Positions 19,226-28,820 of a stretch of DNA of 64,000 nucleotides are shown here, piece after piece. Below the pieces are notes generated by a model. The model was not told the DNA's origin. It worked only from the letters and a program-made list of their open reading frames with translations, and did not search any database. A program made the position numbers and the translations under genes. Within the stretch, counting starts at the first letter, position 1. Every line of letters starts with the position of its first letter. The DNA comes from an uncultured Poribacteria bacterium (GTDB lineage: Bacteria; Poribacteria; WGA-4E; WGA-3G): NCBI GenBank assembly GCA_958296135.2, contig CATQHZ020000001.1:2688001-2752000 (forward strand), given 5' to 3'.

Positions 19226-22200
19226 ATGCCGACACCCGAAAACACCGAACGCATCTTACACCTATTACAAAACCTCCGCGGCCTCGAACCCCTGCGCGAA
19301 CTCTTCTGGCGAGAACTCAACTATACCCGCATCGATGAGCCTATCGCCGAACTGCCCGATTCTCGCACCCAGTGCCTCGCTGAACCACCGCGCCGATTTG
19401 CCGCCGCCGGCAGAAACAACGATTTTCACATCCTCTACGCGCACCTCAACACCGAAAAACTTCGGAAAACCGATGAACGCCAACTCATCGCGCACCTGCA
19501 GACGCGATTCTCGCACGCGCTCTACATTTTTAGCAATGCTGCGCAAGACCACTGGCACTTCGTCAACGTCACACTCGTTCGAGAGGCACGCGAAAAACGC
19601 AAGGCCCGCCACCGCTACCGGCGCATCACTATCGCACCCGACGCAAGACTCCGCACCGCCGCCGAACGCATCGCAATGCTCAAGCTGGAAACACTCGGCA
19701 CCGATGGGCTCTTTGAAAACCTCGACCACCTGACACCGCTGGACATTTCCAACCAACACGAGGCCGCCTTTGATGTCGATGCAGTGACAGCGCAGTTTTT
19801 CGCCGACTACCAGCGCGTCTTCAAACGCCTCCACACCGAATTGGAAACGCAAACCGCTGATAAAAAGTGGGCGCACGATGCCGCGCAACAATTCCTCAGC
19901 CGCTGTCTCTTCCTCTACTTCCTCCAGCGAAAGCGGTGGTTGGGAGACAATCCGGACTTCCTCCGGACGTTTTGGGAAGCGTATCAACGCCATCGACACC
20001 GGGAGGGCTCTCCTACCGAAAAACATCAAAAACCGGCGGGCGCGACACCGGGAGAATTTGTCGACAAGTGGCTCAACGTCCTCTTCTTTGCCGCGTTTAA
20101 CAAGCGATTTCATGGCGGGTATCGCTATTTCCCACACGACATCCGTGACACACTGCAACACGCTCCCTATCTCAACGGCGGGTTGTTCCGAGAAAATGAA
20201 TGGGATACCGAGTATGCAACAACCATTCCTGATACCCTCTGGCTAGAGATATTCACCTTCTTTGAGGGATATAATTTCACCATCGCCGAGGATACACCCT
20301 TGGAACAGGAAGTCGCCGTAGACCCCGAGATGATCGGCAAAGTCTACGAGAGTCTCGTCAGTGTCTCCGCCGAAACCGATGAACGCGGCGATGCCGGCAT
20401 CTTCTACACGCCGCGCATTGAAATCGACTTGATGTGCCGCCTCGCGCTCGTGGATAACCTCACAAATCACATCGGTGAAGCACACAAGCATAAACTTTAC
20501 GCGGCACTCTTCACGTTTGACGAGACAGAGAAGGCAGCCGCCGATGCACAACTCGCCGAGCAGTGGGGCAACATCGCGGCGCATCTCAACCGCATCACTG
20601 TGTTGGATCCGGCGTGTGGGAGCGGTTCGTTCCTCGTCGGCATGCTCCACATTCTCGATGACCTGGGTGAACGCGCCGCGCGGCACCTCGGCGCGTCTGT
20701 CCCCTCCCGTTTTGAACGCCGCAAGGCCATCATCGGGAAGAATCTCTACGGCGTGGACGTGATGCCGTGGGCCTGCAAAGTCGCCGAGCTCCGCCTCTGG
20801 CTCGCGCTCATCATTGAGGCGGAGATTCGCGAGGCAGAACTGCAGATTCGCGAGGCACCGCTGCTCCCTGATTTTTCGTTTAACCTTCGGCACGGGGATA
20901 GTCTGGTGCAGGACATCGGCGGGATGAACCTCGCGCAGACGCGCGCATTGGGCAGTGGCGTGCCGAGTGCCATCAAACGGAAGATAACGACGCTGCAGAC
21001 AGAGAAACTCAAGTTTTATCACAACGAGCGCGAGCGGAAATATGCGGAGAAAGCGGATGTCCAACGCGCCGAGAACGCGCTCTTCCGAGAGATATTAACG
21101 GCTTACGAGATGCAGTTGCCGAGGCAGATCGACTCGGTCCAGGCGTTGCTGAAGGCTCTCACTGCGGAACAGTTGACGATTGCAGAGGTGGGCAAACCGG
21201 TGGACACGCGGCTTGACGCGCTGACGCAGCAGAAGCAGGCGGAATTAGCACGGCACGAGGCGAACCTCGCGCAGGTGAAGCGGGCCCTCGGTGCGTTGAA
21301 GTCTCACACTGCGCCGCCGTTTGTGTGGGACATTGCCTTCGTCGAGATTTTCAATCAATACGGTGGGTTTGACATTGTCATCGAAAACCCGCCTTACGTC
21401 GGGCAACAAAAAATTAGCAGCCCGATCCTTCCACGCGTAAAAGTGACACGAGCCAACAAGCAAGAATATAAGGCGAAGTTAGCGCGTGCCGCCTATCAAG
21501 CCTTTCCAGAATTTTTCGGTTACCAACTGCACAAAGACACCCAACCGGAAAAGCCTGCATCTGCTGTAGAGAGTCGGCTAGATTCCCAAAGCGACCTCTA
21601 CATCTACTTCTACTTTCACGGGCTCTCGTTGCTGAACCCAAAAGGCACTTTCTGCACCGTTACTTCTAACTCGTGGTTGGATGCAAGTTACGGAAGAAAT
21701 CTCAAGGAGTTTCTGCTCAAGCAGTGCCATCTCAAAATGATTTTGGACAACGCCGTGAAACGTTCTTTCAAGGATGTTGATGTGAATACCGTGATTTGTC
21801 TCATCTCAGCACCGGGTGAAAATCAAGAACCCGGTTTGCAACACACAGCGCGGTTTGTCAATTTCACTGAACCGTTTGAGGCAATTCTGGATCCGGTGAT
21901 TTTCTACGAGATCGATACCGCAACGGCGCGTGTCAGTACACCCGAGCACAAGATCTATCCTGTCACGCAGCAAACACTGCTCGCCAATGGAACAGAAAAG
22001 GCGAAATATGCTGGTGACAAATGGGGCGCAAAATATCTTCGTGCTCCCGATATCTACTGGACCGTTTTGGAAAAAGGATCGGATAAATTGGTGCGCTTGA
22101 AAGATGTCGCCAAGGTTCGGAGAGGATTCCGAACAGGCGCGGATAACTTCTTCGCACCTAATCGGGAGACAATCGCAAAGTGGAACATTGAAGACGAATT

Positions 22201-22877
22201 TCTTCGCGCGGTTGTCACCAATTCAGAAGACGTAAAGAGTCTTGTTATTGCCTCTGCACAACTACCACGTCAAGTCTTTTTTTGCTCAAAAGAGAAGGCA
22301 TCCTTGACTGGAACATCCGCGCTTGCCTACATTGAATGGGGTGAGGCGGAAGGTTTTGACCAGAGGTTAACATGCCGCAGGAGGAGTCCGTGGTATGCTA
22401 TGGGCGGAGATCGGCCCGCCCCATATCTCTGTTTTCCGCTCCTAATTTCTTCGACAACCGCGAAAACCCCCTATGCATCCGAAGGTTGCTACGGTGTCGG
22501 CAATTTCATGGAAATTGACACGTCCAAGGAGTTGGCATTACCGCTCTGTTTTTCCTTGAATTCTACCCTTTTTCAGTTGATGGTGAATGTGAACGGCCGT
22601 TTGAACCGCACGTGGACATTGGAAATCCAGCCAACTGATTTGTCTAATTTGTTATGTGTTAGTCCTGAGTTAACACAAATTAAGTGGAGGGGGGGGGCGG
22701 TTGGACGCATCCCTCCTCGCATCCGAAGAATGGGACGTTTTATCGCCTGCCCCGGCGCGCATCGCAATTGACAACGTCATCTTTGACATCTTGGAATTGA
22801 CGCAAGGCGAGCGCGATGGCGTTTACGAGGCGGTTAGAGACCTCGTCGAAACCCGTCTGAGGAAGGCGCGGAGTTGA
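19226..22877 (+). CDS. Large N6-adenine DNA methyltransferase (Eco57I/Type IIG-like, with TRD); frameshift at G9 tract 22689-22697
   Basis: YLNGGLF, DPEMIGKVYE, G.FYTP, motif I VLDPACGSG, motif IV NPPY, SDLYIYF. The supplied ORF stops at 22771; the family-like tail IDNVIFDILELTQGERDGVYEAV..LVETRLRKARS* is in the +1 frame and ends at 22877. Confidence 0.88.
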
Positions 22878-22933
22878 AAAACTAGGTTTTTGGCATGCAT
22901 TAGCCCGGCGGAGCATCAATTATAAAAAATTCC

Positions 22934-22963
22934 TTGCACGAACCCGTTGAAGTATGGTAAACT
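22934..22963 (+). promoter_or_regulatory. Sigma70-like promoter of the coiled-coil/helicase unit
   Basis: TTGCAC-18-TAAACT with extended -10 TG. Confidence 0.55.
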
Positions 22964-22996
22964 TATACATAGCAACAAATTTGAAAGGAAAAAACG

Positions 22997-25441
22997 ATGA
23001 AAACTACTGATAATCAACGTCATAATGATTCGGAGTCTACGCGTTCCGCTAACAATACTCGGTTGGATAGGATCGAGAAGTTACAAGAACGCGGTGCTGA
23101 ACTGCAAATAAAAACGGACACGCATCTTGCTGCGAGTGTTGAACGCGACGCTGCACACGCCGCTCGTTTGGACAGTATGGAGGAACTGCTCCCACACATT
23201 GTAGAACTCCAAGTGCAAACAAACGCGCGCCTCACCGCCAACGAGGCACTGGATGCCGAACGCGATGCCCGCTTAGATAGTTTTGACGAACTGTTTCGGC
23301 GGATAGGGGAGTTCCAAGCGAAGACAGAGGCACTTCTCGCCGCCAGTGCCGAACGCGACACCGCGCGCGAGACACGCCTAGAGAGCATCGAGGAATCGTT
23401 CCAACGTATCGGAGAATTCCAAGCTAAAACGGAAGCACTTCTCGCCGCAAATGCCGAACGCGACACCGCGCGCGAGACACGCCTAGAGAGCATCGAGGAA
23501 TCGTTCCAACGTATCGGAGAATTCCAAGCTAAAACGGAAGCACTCCTCGCCGCAAATGCCGAACGCGACACCGCGCGCGAGACACGCTTAGAGAGCATCG
23601 AGGAATCGTTCCAACGCATCGGAGAATTCCAAGCGAAGACAGAGGCACTTCTCGCCGCAAATGCTGAACGTGAGGCAGAACGCGAGACACGCTTAGAGAG
23701 CATCGAGGAATCGTTCCAACGCATCGGAGAATTCCAAGCGAAGACAGAGGCACTTCTCGCCGCAAATGCTGAACGTGAGGCAGAACGCGAGACACGCTTA
23801 GAGAGCATCGAGGAATCGTTCCAGCGCATCGGAGAATTCCAAGCCAAAACGGAAGCACTCCTCGCCGCCAGTGCTGAACGCGACACCGCGCGCGAGGCAC
23901 GCCTAGAGAGCATCGAGGAATCGTTCCAGCGTATCGGAAAATTCCAAGCCAAAACGGAAGCACTCCTCGCCGCCAGTGCTGAACGCGACACCGCGCGCGA
24001 GGCACGCCTAGAGAGCATCGAGGAATCGTTCCAGCGTATCGGAGAATTCCAAGCCAAAACGGAAGCACTCCTCGCCGCCAGTGCTGAACGCGACACCGCG
24101 CGCGAGGCACGCCTAGAGAGCATCGAGGAATCGTTCCAGCGTATCGGAAAATTCCAAGCCAAAACGGAAGCACTCCTCGCCGCCAGTGCTGAACGCGACA
24201 CCGCGCGCGAGGCACGCCTAGAGAGCATCGAGGAATCGTTCCAGCGTATCGGAGAATTCCAAGCGAAGACAGAGGCACTTCTCGCCGCCAGTGCCGAACG
24301 TGAGGCAGAACGCGAGGCACGCCTAGAGAGCCTCACGAACGTGCAATCCAAGATGGAGGCCCTTCTCGCTGCCAATGCGGCGCGCGATACTGAACGCGAG
24401 ACACGCTTGGAAAACCTGGAGGACCTGTTCCAACAGATTGGCGCGTTCCAATCAAGGACAGAGACACTCTTCGCCGCTAGTGCCGAACGGGACGCAGCAC
24501 GCGAGACACGCTTGGAGAATATTGAAGCATGGCATCAGCAGACAGCTGAGTTCCAATCAAAGACAGAGGCACTCTTCGCCGCTAGTGCCGAACGGGACGC
24601 AGCACGCGAGACACGCTTGGAGAATATTGAAGCATGGCATCAGCAGACAGCTGAGTTCCAATCAAAGACAGAGGCACTTCTCGCCGCCAGTGCTGAACGG
24701 GACGCAGCACGCGAGACACGCCTAGAGAGCATTGAGGAATCGCTCCGCCGCATCGGAGAATTCCAAGCCAAAACGGAAACCCTCCTTGCCGCCAGTGCTG
24801 AACGCGATGCAAAACGCGATGCACACTTGGAAAGCATTGCAGCGTTCCAAGCCAAAACAGAGGCGCACTTTGCCATGAGTGCCGAACGAGACGCAGCACG
24901 CGAGACACGCCTAGTGAGCATCGAGGAATCGCTCCGCCGTATCGGAGAATTCCAAGCCAAAACGGAAGCACTCCTCGCCGCTAGTGCCGAACGTGATGCT
25001 GAACGCGATGCACGCTTGGATAGTATTGCAGCGTTCCAAGCCAAAACGGAAGCACTCCTCGCCGCTAGTGCCGAACGTGATGCTGAACGCGATGCACGCT
25101 TGGATAGTATTGCAGCGTTCCAAGCCAAAACGGAAGCACTCCTCGCCGCTAGTGCCGAACGTGATGCCGAACGCGATGCACGCTTGGATAGTATTGCAGC
25201 GTTCCAAGCCAAAACGGAAGCACTCCTCGCCGCTAGTGCCGAACGCGATGCCAAACGGGATAAGCAGCTGGAGGGTATGAATGAAAAGGTGGCGAACACT
25301 GAAAAATCCGTTGAGGCATTGAAGGGCGCGCTGACCCCCTGGAAACTTGTCCTCGGCGGAATCGTTAGTATCATCTTTGCCATGGTTTTGTCTGTGCTCG
25401 GCGCAAAAGGCATGGAGGTACTCCTAGACCTCTTCAAATAA
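22997..25441 (+). CDS. Long coiled-coil repeat protein with C-terminal transmembrane anchor
   Basis: About 22 repeats of 35 or 28 aa; hydrophobic tail LVLGGIVSIIFAMVLSVLG; AAGGA RBS. Confidence 0.85.
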   Translation: MKTTDNQRHNDSESTRSANNTRLDRIEKLQERGAELQIKTDTHLAASVERDAAHAARLDSMEELLPHIVELQVQTNARLTANEALDAERDARLDSFDELFRRIGEFQAKTEALLAASAERDTARETRLESIEESFQRIGEFQAKTEALLAANAERDTARETRLESIEESFQRIGEFQAKTEALLAANAERDTARETRLESIEESFQRIGEFQAKTEALLAANAEREAERETRLESIEESFQRIGEFQAKTEALLAANAEREAERETRLESIEESFQRIGEFQAKTEALLAASAERDTAREARLESIEESFQRIGKFQAKTEALLAASAERDTAREARLESIEESFQRIGEFQAKTEALLAASAERDTAREARLESIEESFQRIGKFQAKTEALLAASAERDTAREARLESIEESFQRIGEFQAKTEALLAASAEREAEREARLESLTNVQSKMEALLAANAARDTERETRLENLEDLFQQIGAFQSRTETLFAASAERDAARETRLENIEAWHQQTAEFQSKTEALFAASAERDAARETRLENIEAWHQQTAEFQSKTEALLAASAERDAARETRLESIEESLRRIGEFQAKTETLLAASAERDAKRDAHLESIAAFQAKTEAHFAMSAERDAARETRLVSIEESLRRIGEFQAKTEALLAASAERDAERDARLDSIAAFQAKTEALLAASAERDAERDARLDSIAAFQAKTEALLAASAERDAERDARLDSIAAFQAKTEALLAASAERDAKRDKQLEGMNEKVANTEKSVEALKGALTPWKLVLGGIVSIIFAMVLSVLGAKGMEVLLDLFK
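23275..25270. repeat. Intragenic tandem repeat, 105-bp and 84-bp units
   Basis: Unit spacing of 105 bp (e.g. 23378 to 23483); near-identical copies. Confidence 0.95.
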
Positions 25442-25451
25442 AGGAGGACAC

Positions 25452-28400
25452 ATGCCTCAAGATATCATTGACAACCGCAACGAAAAACTCATTGACAATG
25501 TCAATCTCATCTTGGATGAGACAGAGCGGGCCCGCTTCGCTGTCGGCTACTTCTTCCTCTCCGGGTTTACCGGCATCGCCGAGGCACTGCAAAACGTCAC
25601 TGAGCTCTGTCTCCTCATCGGGAACACGAGCACACGCGAGACTATTGAGCAGCTCGCCGCAGGGTATCAGCAGCTGGAATCTGTAGCGGAGATTCACTCG
25701 GCACACCGCTATTCACGAGACGTTGAACGCAGGGCACGCGCTCGTGAAACCGCGCAGAACCTCCGCGCGTGCATTGAATTCATGCCTCAGACAAATGCCT
25801 CGGAGCAGCTCATCAGAACCCTCGTTGAGATGATTGCCCGCGGACAGTTGAAAGTGAAGCTCTATACGAAGGAGCGTCTCCACGCAAAAGCCTACATTTT
25901 TGATTACGAGCAAAATGCGCGGTTTGAATCCGGCATCTCTATCGTCGGCTCATCTAATCTCACCTTGGCAGGGTTAACGAGCAATACCGAATTGAACGTC
26001 GTGGTTCACGGCAATGCCAATCAGGAGCAACTCCGCGACTGGTTTGACGCGCTGTGGGAAGAGGCAGAAGATTTTGACAAGGCCTTGATGGAAGAGATGC
26101 AAACCTCCTGGGCCCTCGCGCCTGTCCGGCCTTACGATGTCTACATGAAAACGCTCTACGAGTTGGTAAGCGACAGAGTGGCGGCGGATGAAAGCCGCAT
26201 CGCTCCAGCAGACGAGTTGACAACCCAACTCGCGGATTTCCAACAAGTTGCGGTTTCCCAAGCAATTCGGATTATTGATGCATACGGCGGTGTCTTCATT
26301 TCCGATGTCGTCGGTTTAGGCAAGAGTTACATCGGTTCGGCGATTGTCAAGCACTTTGAGCGGGGTGAACAGGCGCGCCCGCTCATTCTCTGTCCGCCTG
26401 CGTTGATGGCAATGTGGGAGCATTACAACGCCGCCTATCAACTCCACGCGCAGGTTCTCTCCACGGGGCTTTTAAGTAGCGGTGAAGCGAACGCGAGAGA
26501 GCTGCTCTTTGAAGACGTTCGCTATCGGCACTGCGATTTTGTCCTCGTTGACGAAAGCCACAACTTCCGCAATGCGAATACGCAACGCTACCGGGTTTTG
26601 CAGGAATTTCTCATGGCGGGAGAGAAAAAATGCTGTTTCCTCACGGCGACACCGCGCAACAAAAGCGCGTGGGATATCTACCACCAACTCAAACTCTTTC
26701 ATCTCAACGATGATACGCAGCTGCCCTTGGACGCGCCAGATCTGCGCGAATATTTCCGCATGATTGAAAACGGTGAACGCAGCCTCCCCGCGCTTTTACA
26801 ACACATTCTTATCCGTCGAACGCGGAACCACATCCTGCGCTGGTACGGCTACGATGCAGAAACAGATGAACCGGTAGATGCGACGCAATTCGCCGATTAT
26901 CTGAGTCGCAACCGCCGCGCTTACGTTCGCGTCGGCGATACCAAGCAGTTCTTTCCAAAGCGAACCCTCAAGACGATTGAATACAGCATTGAAGAAACCT
27001 ATCAAGGGCTCTACGCGCAGATTCGCGATTGCCTCGGTAAATCGCAATCCGCCGCGCAGTTGACTTATGCCCGTTATGGCCTCTGGCACTATGTGAAGGA
27101 GGAGAGACAGGATGTCCATCCGTATCAGGAGCTGCAGAGCGCGGGCAGAAACCTCCGCGGGCTGATTCGCATCCTGCTATTCAAACGTTTTGAATCCAGC
27201 GTGCATGCTTTCAAAATGACTATCTCTCGGTTTCACAGCGTCCATGTCGATTTCCTTTACGCGCTAGAAAATGGCATTGTGCCAGCAGGCGACGATGCAC
27301 AGAAAATCCTCTATGAGACAACCACCGCCGACCAAACCGATATCAGCCCAGAGGAACGAGACATCGGGCTGTTTCTGGAGGAACTGCGGCGTGCCTCCGA
27401 GCAATATAACATCCTAGACTTCAACGTCCCTGAACTTCGCGATGCAATTCAGCACGACATTGACATCCTGAAGCAGATTTTAGATATGGTTCAGAATATC
27501 ACCCCGGCACAGGATGCAAAACTTCAGCGGCTGCAAAGACTGCTGGAATTGCCACCTTTACACGGCAAAAAACGGCTCATCTTTACGCAGTATATTGACA
27601 CGGCAAGTTATCTCTACGAAAACCTGCAGGCGGAGGATACCGAGGTTATCCATAGCCACGGCAGCGACAGGAAACAGCATGTCGTCGGTAGGTTTGCGCC
27701 AAACGCGAATCAATACCGCTTGAAACCGGGGGAGACAGAGATAGAGACGCTCATCGCGACTGATGTCCTCGCCGAGGGGTTGAACCTGCAAGACTGCGGC
27801 CTGCTCATCAACTACGATTTGCATTGGAATCCGGTGCGTCTCATTCAACGCTTCGGGCGCATTGACAGGATTGGCAGTCAATTTGACGAAATCCACGGGT
27901 TCAACTTTCTGCCGGAGTTGGGGATTGAGCGCAACCTCGGTTTACGCGAGAAACTCCGACACCGCATTCAGGAAATCCACGATACCATCGGCGAAGATGC
28001 AGCCATTCTGGATAACTCCGAACAACTGAATGAAAGCGCGATGTATGCCATTTATGAGCAGCACGGTGAACAGCTCAGCCTTTTGGAAGAAAGCGAGGCG
28101 CCGAGTTTCGGATTAAGCGAGGCGGAGGAGTTGTTGCGGCAATTGAAACGGCAAAACCCGCAGGAATATCAACGCATCGCCGAGCTAAGAGACGGCATCC
28201 GTACCGGCATCCCCGCCGAAGTGGAGGGCACCTACGTTTTCTGTCGCGACGAACGTAACCGGCAGCTCGTCCTGCTTAATGAAAACGGAACTGAAAAGAC
28301 TACGGATATTGCCGAGATCCTTCGGCTACTTCAAAGCAATGCTGAATTGCGCGGCAAACCTGTTTCGCCTGAGCACAACGCCCGCGTCACTGAAGTGCAG

Positions 28401-28754
28401 GAAAAGTTTGCAGGACAAATCAGAGGCGTGCAAAACGCATTTCCCAAACCGAATTTGTCCCGCGCGCAAAGATACATCTTGCAGGAGTTAAGAATGCTGT
28501 CTAGCACTTCGTCAGACAGTGTGCTAGGGCAGCTTGAGCAGGCGTTCCGCGGCCGCTTGACAGAGAGCCTCAAGCGAGAAATCACTCGTCTCCAGCGCGA
28601 GAAAATCGCGGGCGAAGCACTGTCAACGGCGTTGAAAAATCTCTATCACCGCTACAATCTGGCGGCGTTAGGCAGCGGCGAGGCACAGCCAGATAAGCCG
28701 GTCCGCGCGCCGATTAAGGTGATTTGCAGCGCGGCGTTTGTTAAATTTGCATGA
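25452..28754 (+). CDS. PLD-nuclease / SNF2-family helicase fusion
   Basis: FAVGYF, LHAKAYIFD and GSSNLT (PLD); DVVGLGKS, DESH, LTATP, TDVLAEGLNLQ, WNPVRLIQRFGRIDRIG; AAGGAGG RBS directly after the upstream stop. Confidence 0.92.
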   Translation: MPQDIIDNRNEKLIDNVNLILDETERARFAVGYFFLSGFTGIAEALQNVTELCLLIGNTSTRETIEQLAAGYQQLESVAEIHSAHRYSRDVERRARARETAQNLRACIEFMPQTNASEQLIRTLVEMIARGQLKVKLYTKERLHAKAYIFDYEQNARFESGISIVGSSNLTLAGLTSNTELNVVVHGNANQEQLRDWFDALWEEAEDFDKALMEEMQTSWALAPVRPYDVYMKTLYELVSDRVAADESRIAPADELTTQLADFQQVAVSQAIRIIDAYGGVFISDVVGLGKSYIGSAIVKHFERGEQARPLILCPPALMAMWEHYNAAYQLHAQVLSTGLLSSGEANARELLFEDVRYRHCDFVLVDESHNFRNANTQRYRVLQEFLMAGEKKCCFLTATPRNKSAWDIYHQLKLFHLNDDTQLPLDAPDLREYFRMIENGERSLPALLQHILIRRTRNHILRWYGYDAETDEPVDATQFADYLSRNRRAYVRVGDTKQFFPKRTLKTIEYSIEETYQGLYAQIRDCLGKSQSAAQLTYARYGLWHYVKEERQDVHPYQELQSAGRNLRGLIRILLFKRFESSVHAFKMTISRFHSVHVDFLYALENGIVPAGDDAQKILYETTTADQTDISPEERDIGLFLEELRRASEQYNILDFNVPELRDAIQHDIDILKQILDMVQNITPAQDAKLQRLQRLLELPPLHGKKRLIFTQYIDTASYLYENLQAEDTEVIHSHGSDRKQHVVGRFAPNANQYRLKPGETEIETLIATDVLAEGLNLQDCGLLINYDLHWNPVRLIQRFGRIDRIGSQFDEIHGFNFLPELGIERNLGLREKLRHRIQEIHDTIGEDAAILDNSEQLNESAMYAIYEQHGEQLSLLEESEAPSFGLSEAEELLRQLKRQNPQEYQRIAELRDGIRTGIPAEVEGTYVFCRDERNRQLVLLNENGTEKTTDIAEILRLLQSNAELRGKPVSPEHNARVTEVQEKFAGQIRGVQNAFPKPNLSRAQRYILQELRMLSSTSSDSVLGQLEQAFRGRLTESLKREITRLQREKIAGEALSTALKNLYHRYNLAALGSGEAQPDKPVRAPIKVICSAAFVKFA

Positions 28755-28775
28755 AACTTGCATTTGTGGTATTAT
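28747..28775 (+). promoter_or_regulatory. Sigma70-like promoter of the TGT-ArcS fusion gene
   Basis: TTGCAT-17-TATTAT with extended -10 TG. Confidence 0.6.
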
Positions 28776-28820
28776 ATCTCTATCTACCGAATAAAGACAG
28801 ATGGGAATTAGAAAATAACT

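Noticed and set aside
19104-19733. 209-aa plus ORF overlapping the MTase start
   Set aside because: It begins at the -35 box TTG, overlaps the MTase out of frame and has no motifs.
23020-25437. Long antisense ORFs (451, 263, 265 aa) over the repeat gene
   Set aside because: Shadow frames of the tandem repeat. The plus frame has the RBS, promoter, heptad pattern and TM anchor.
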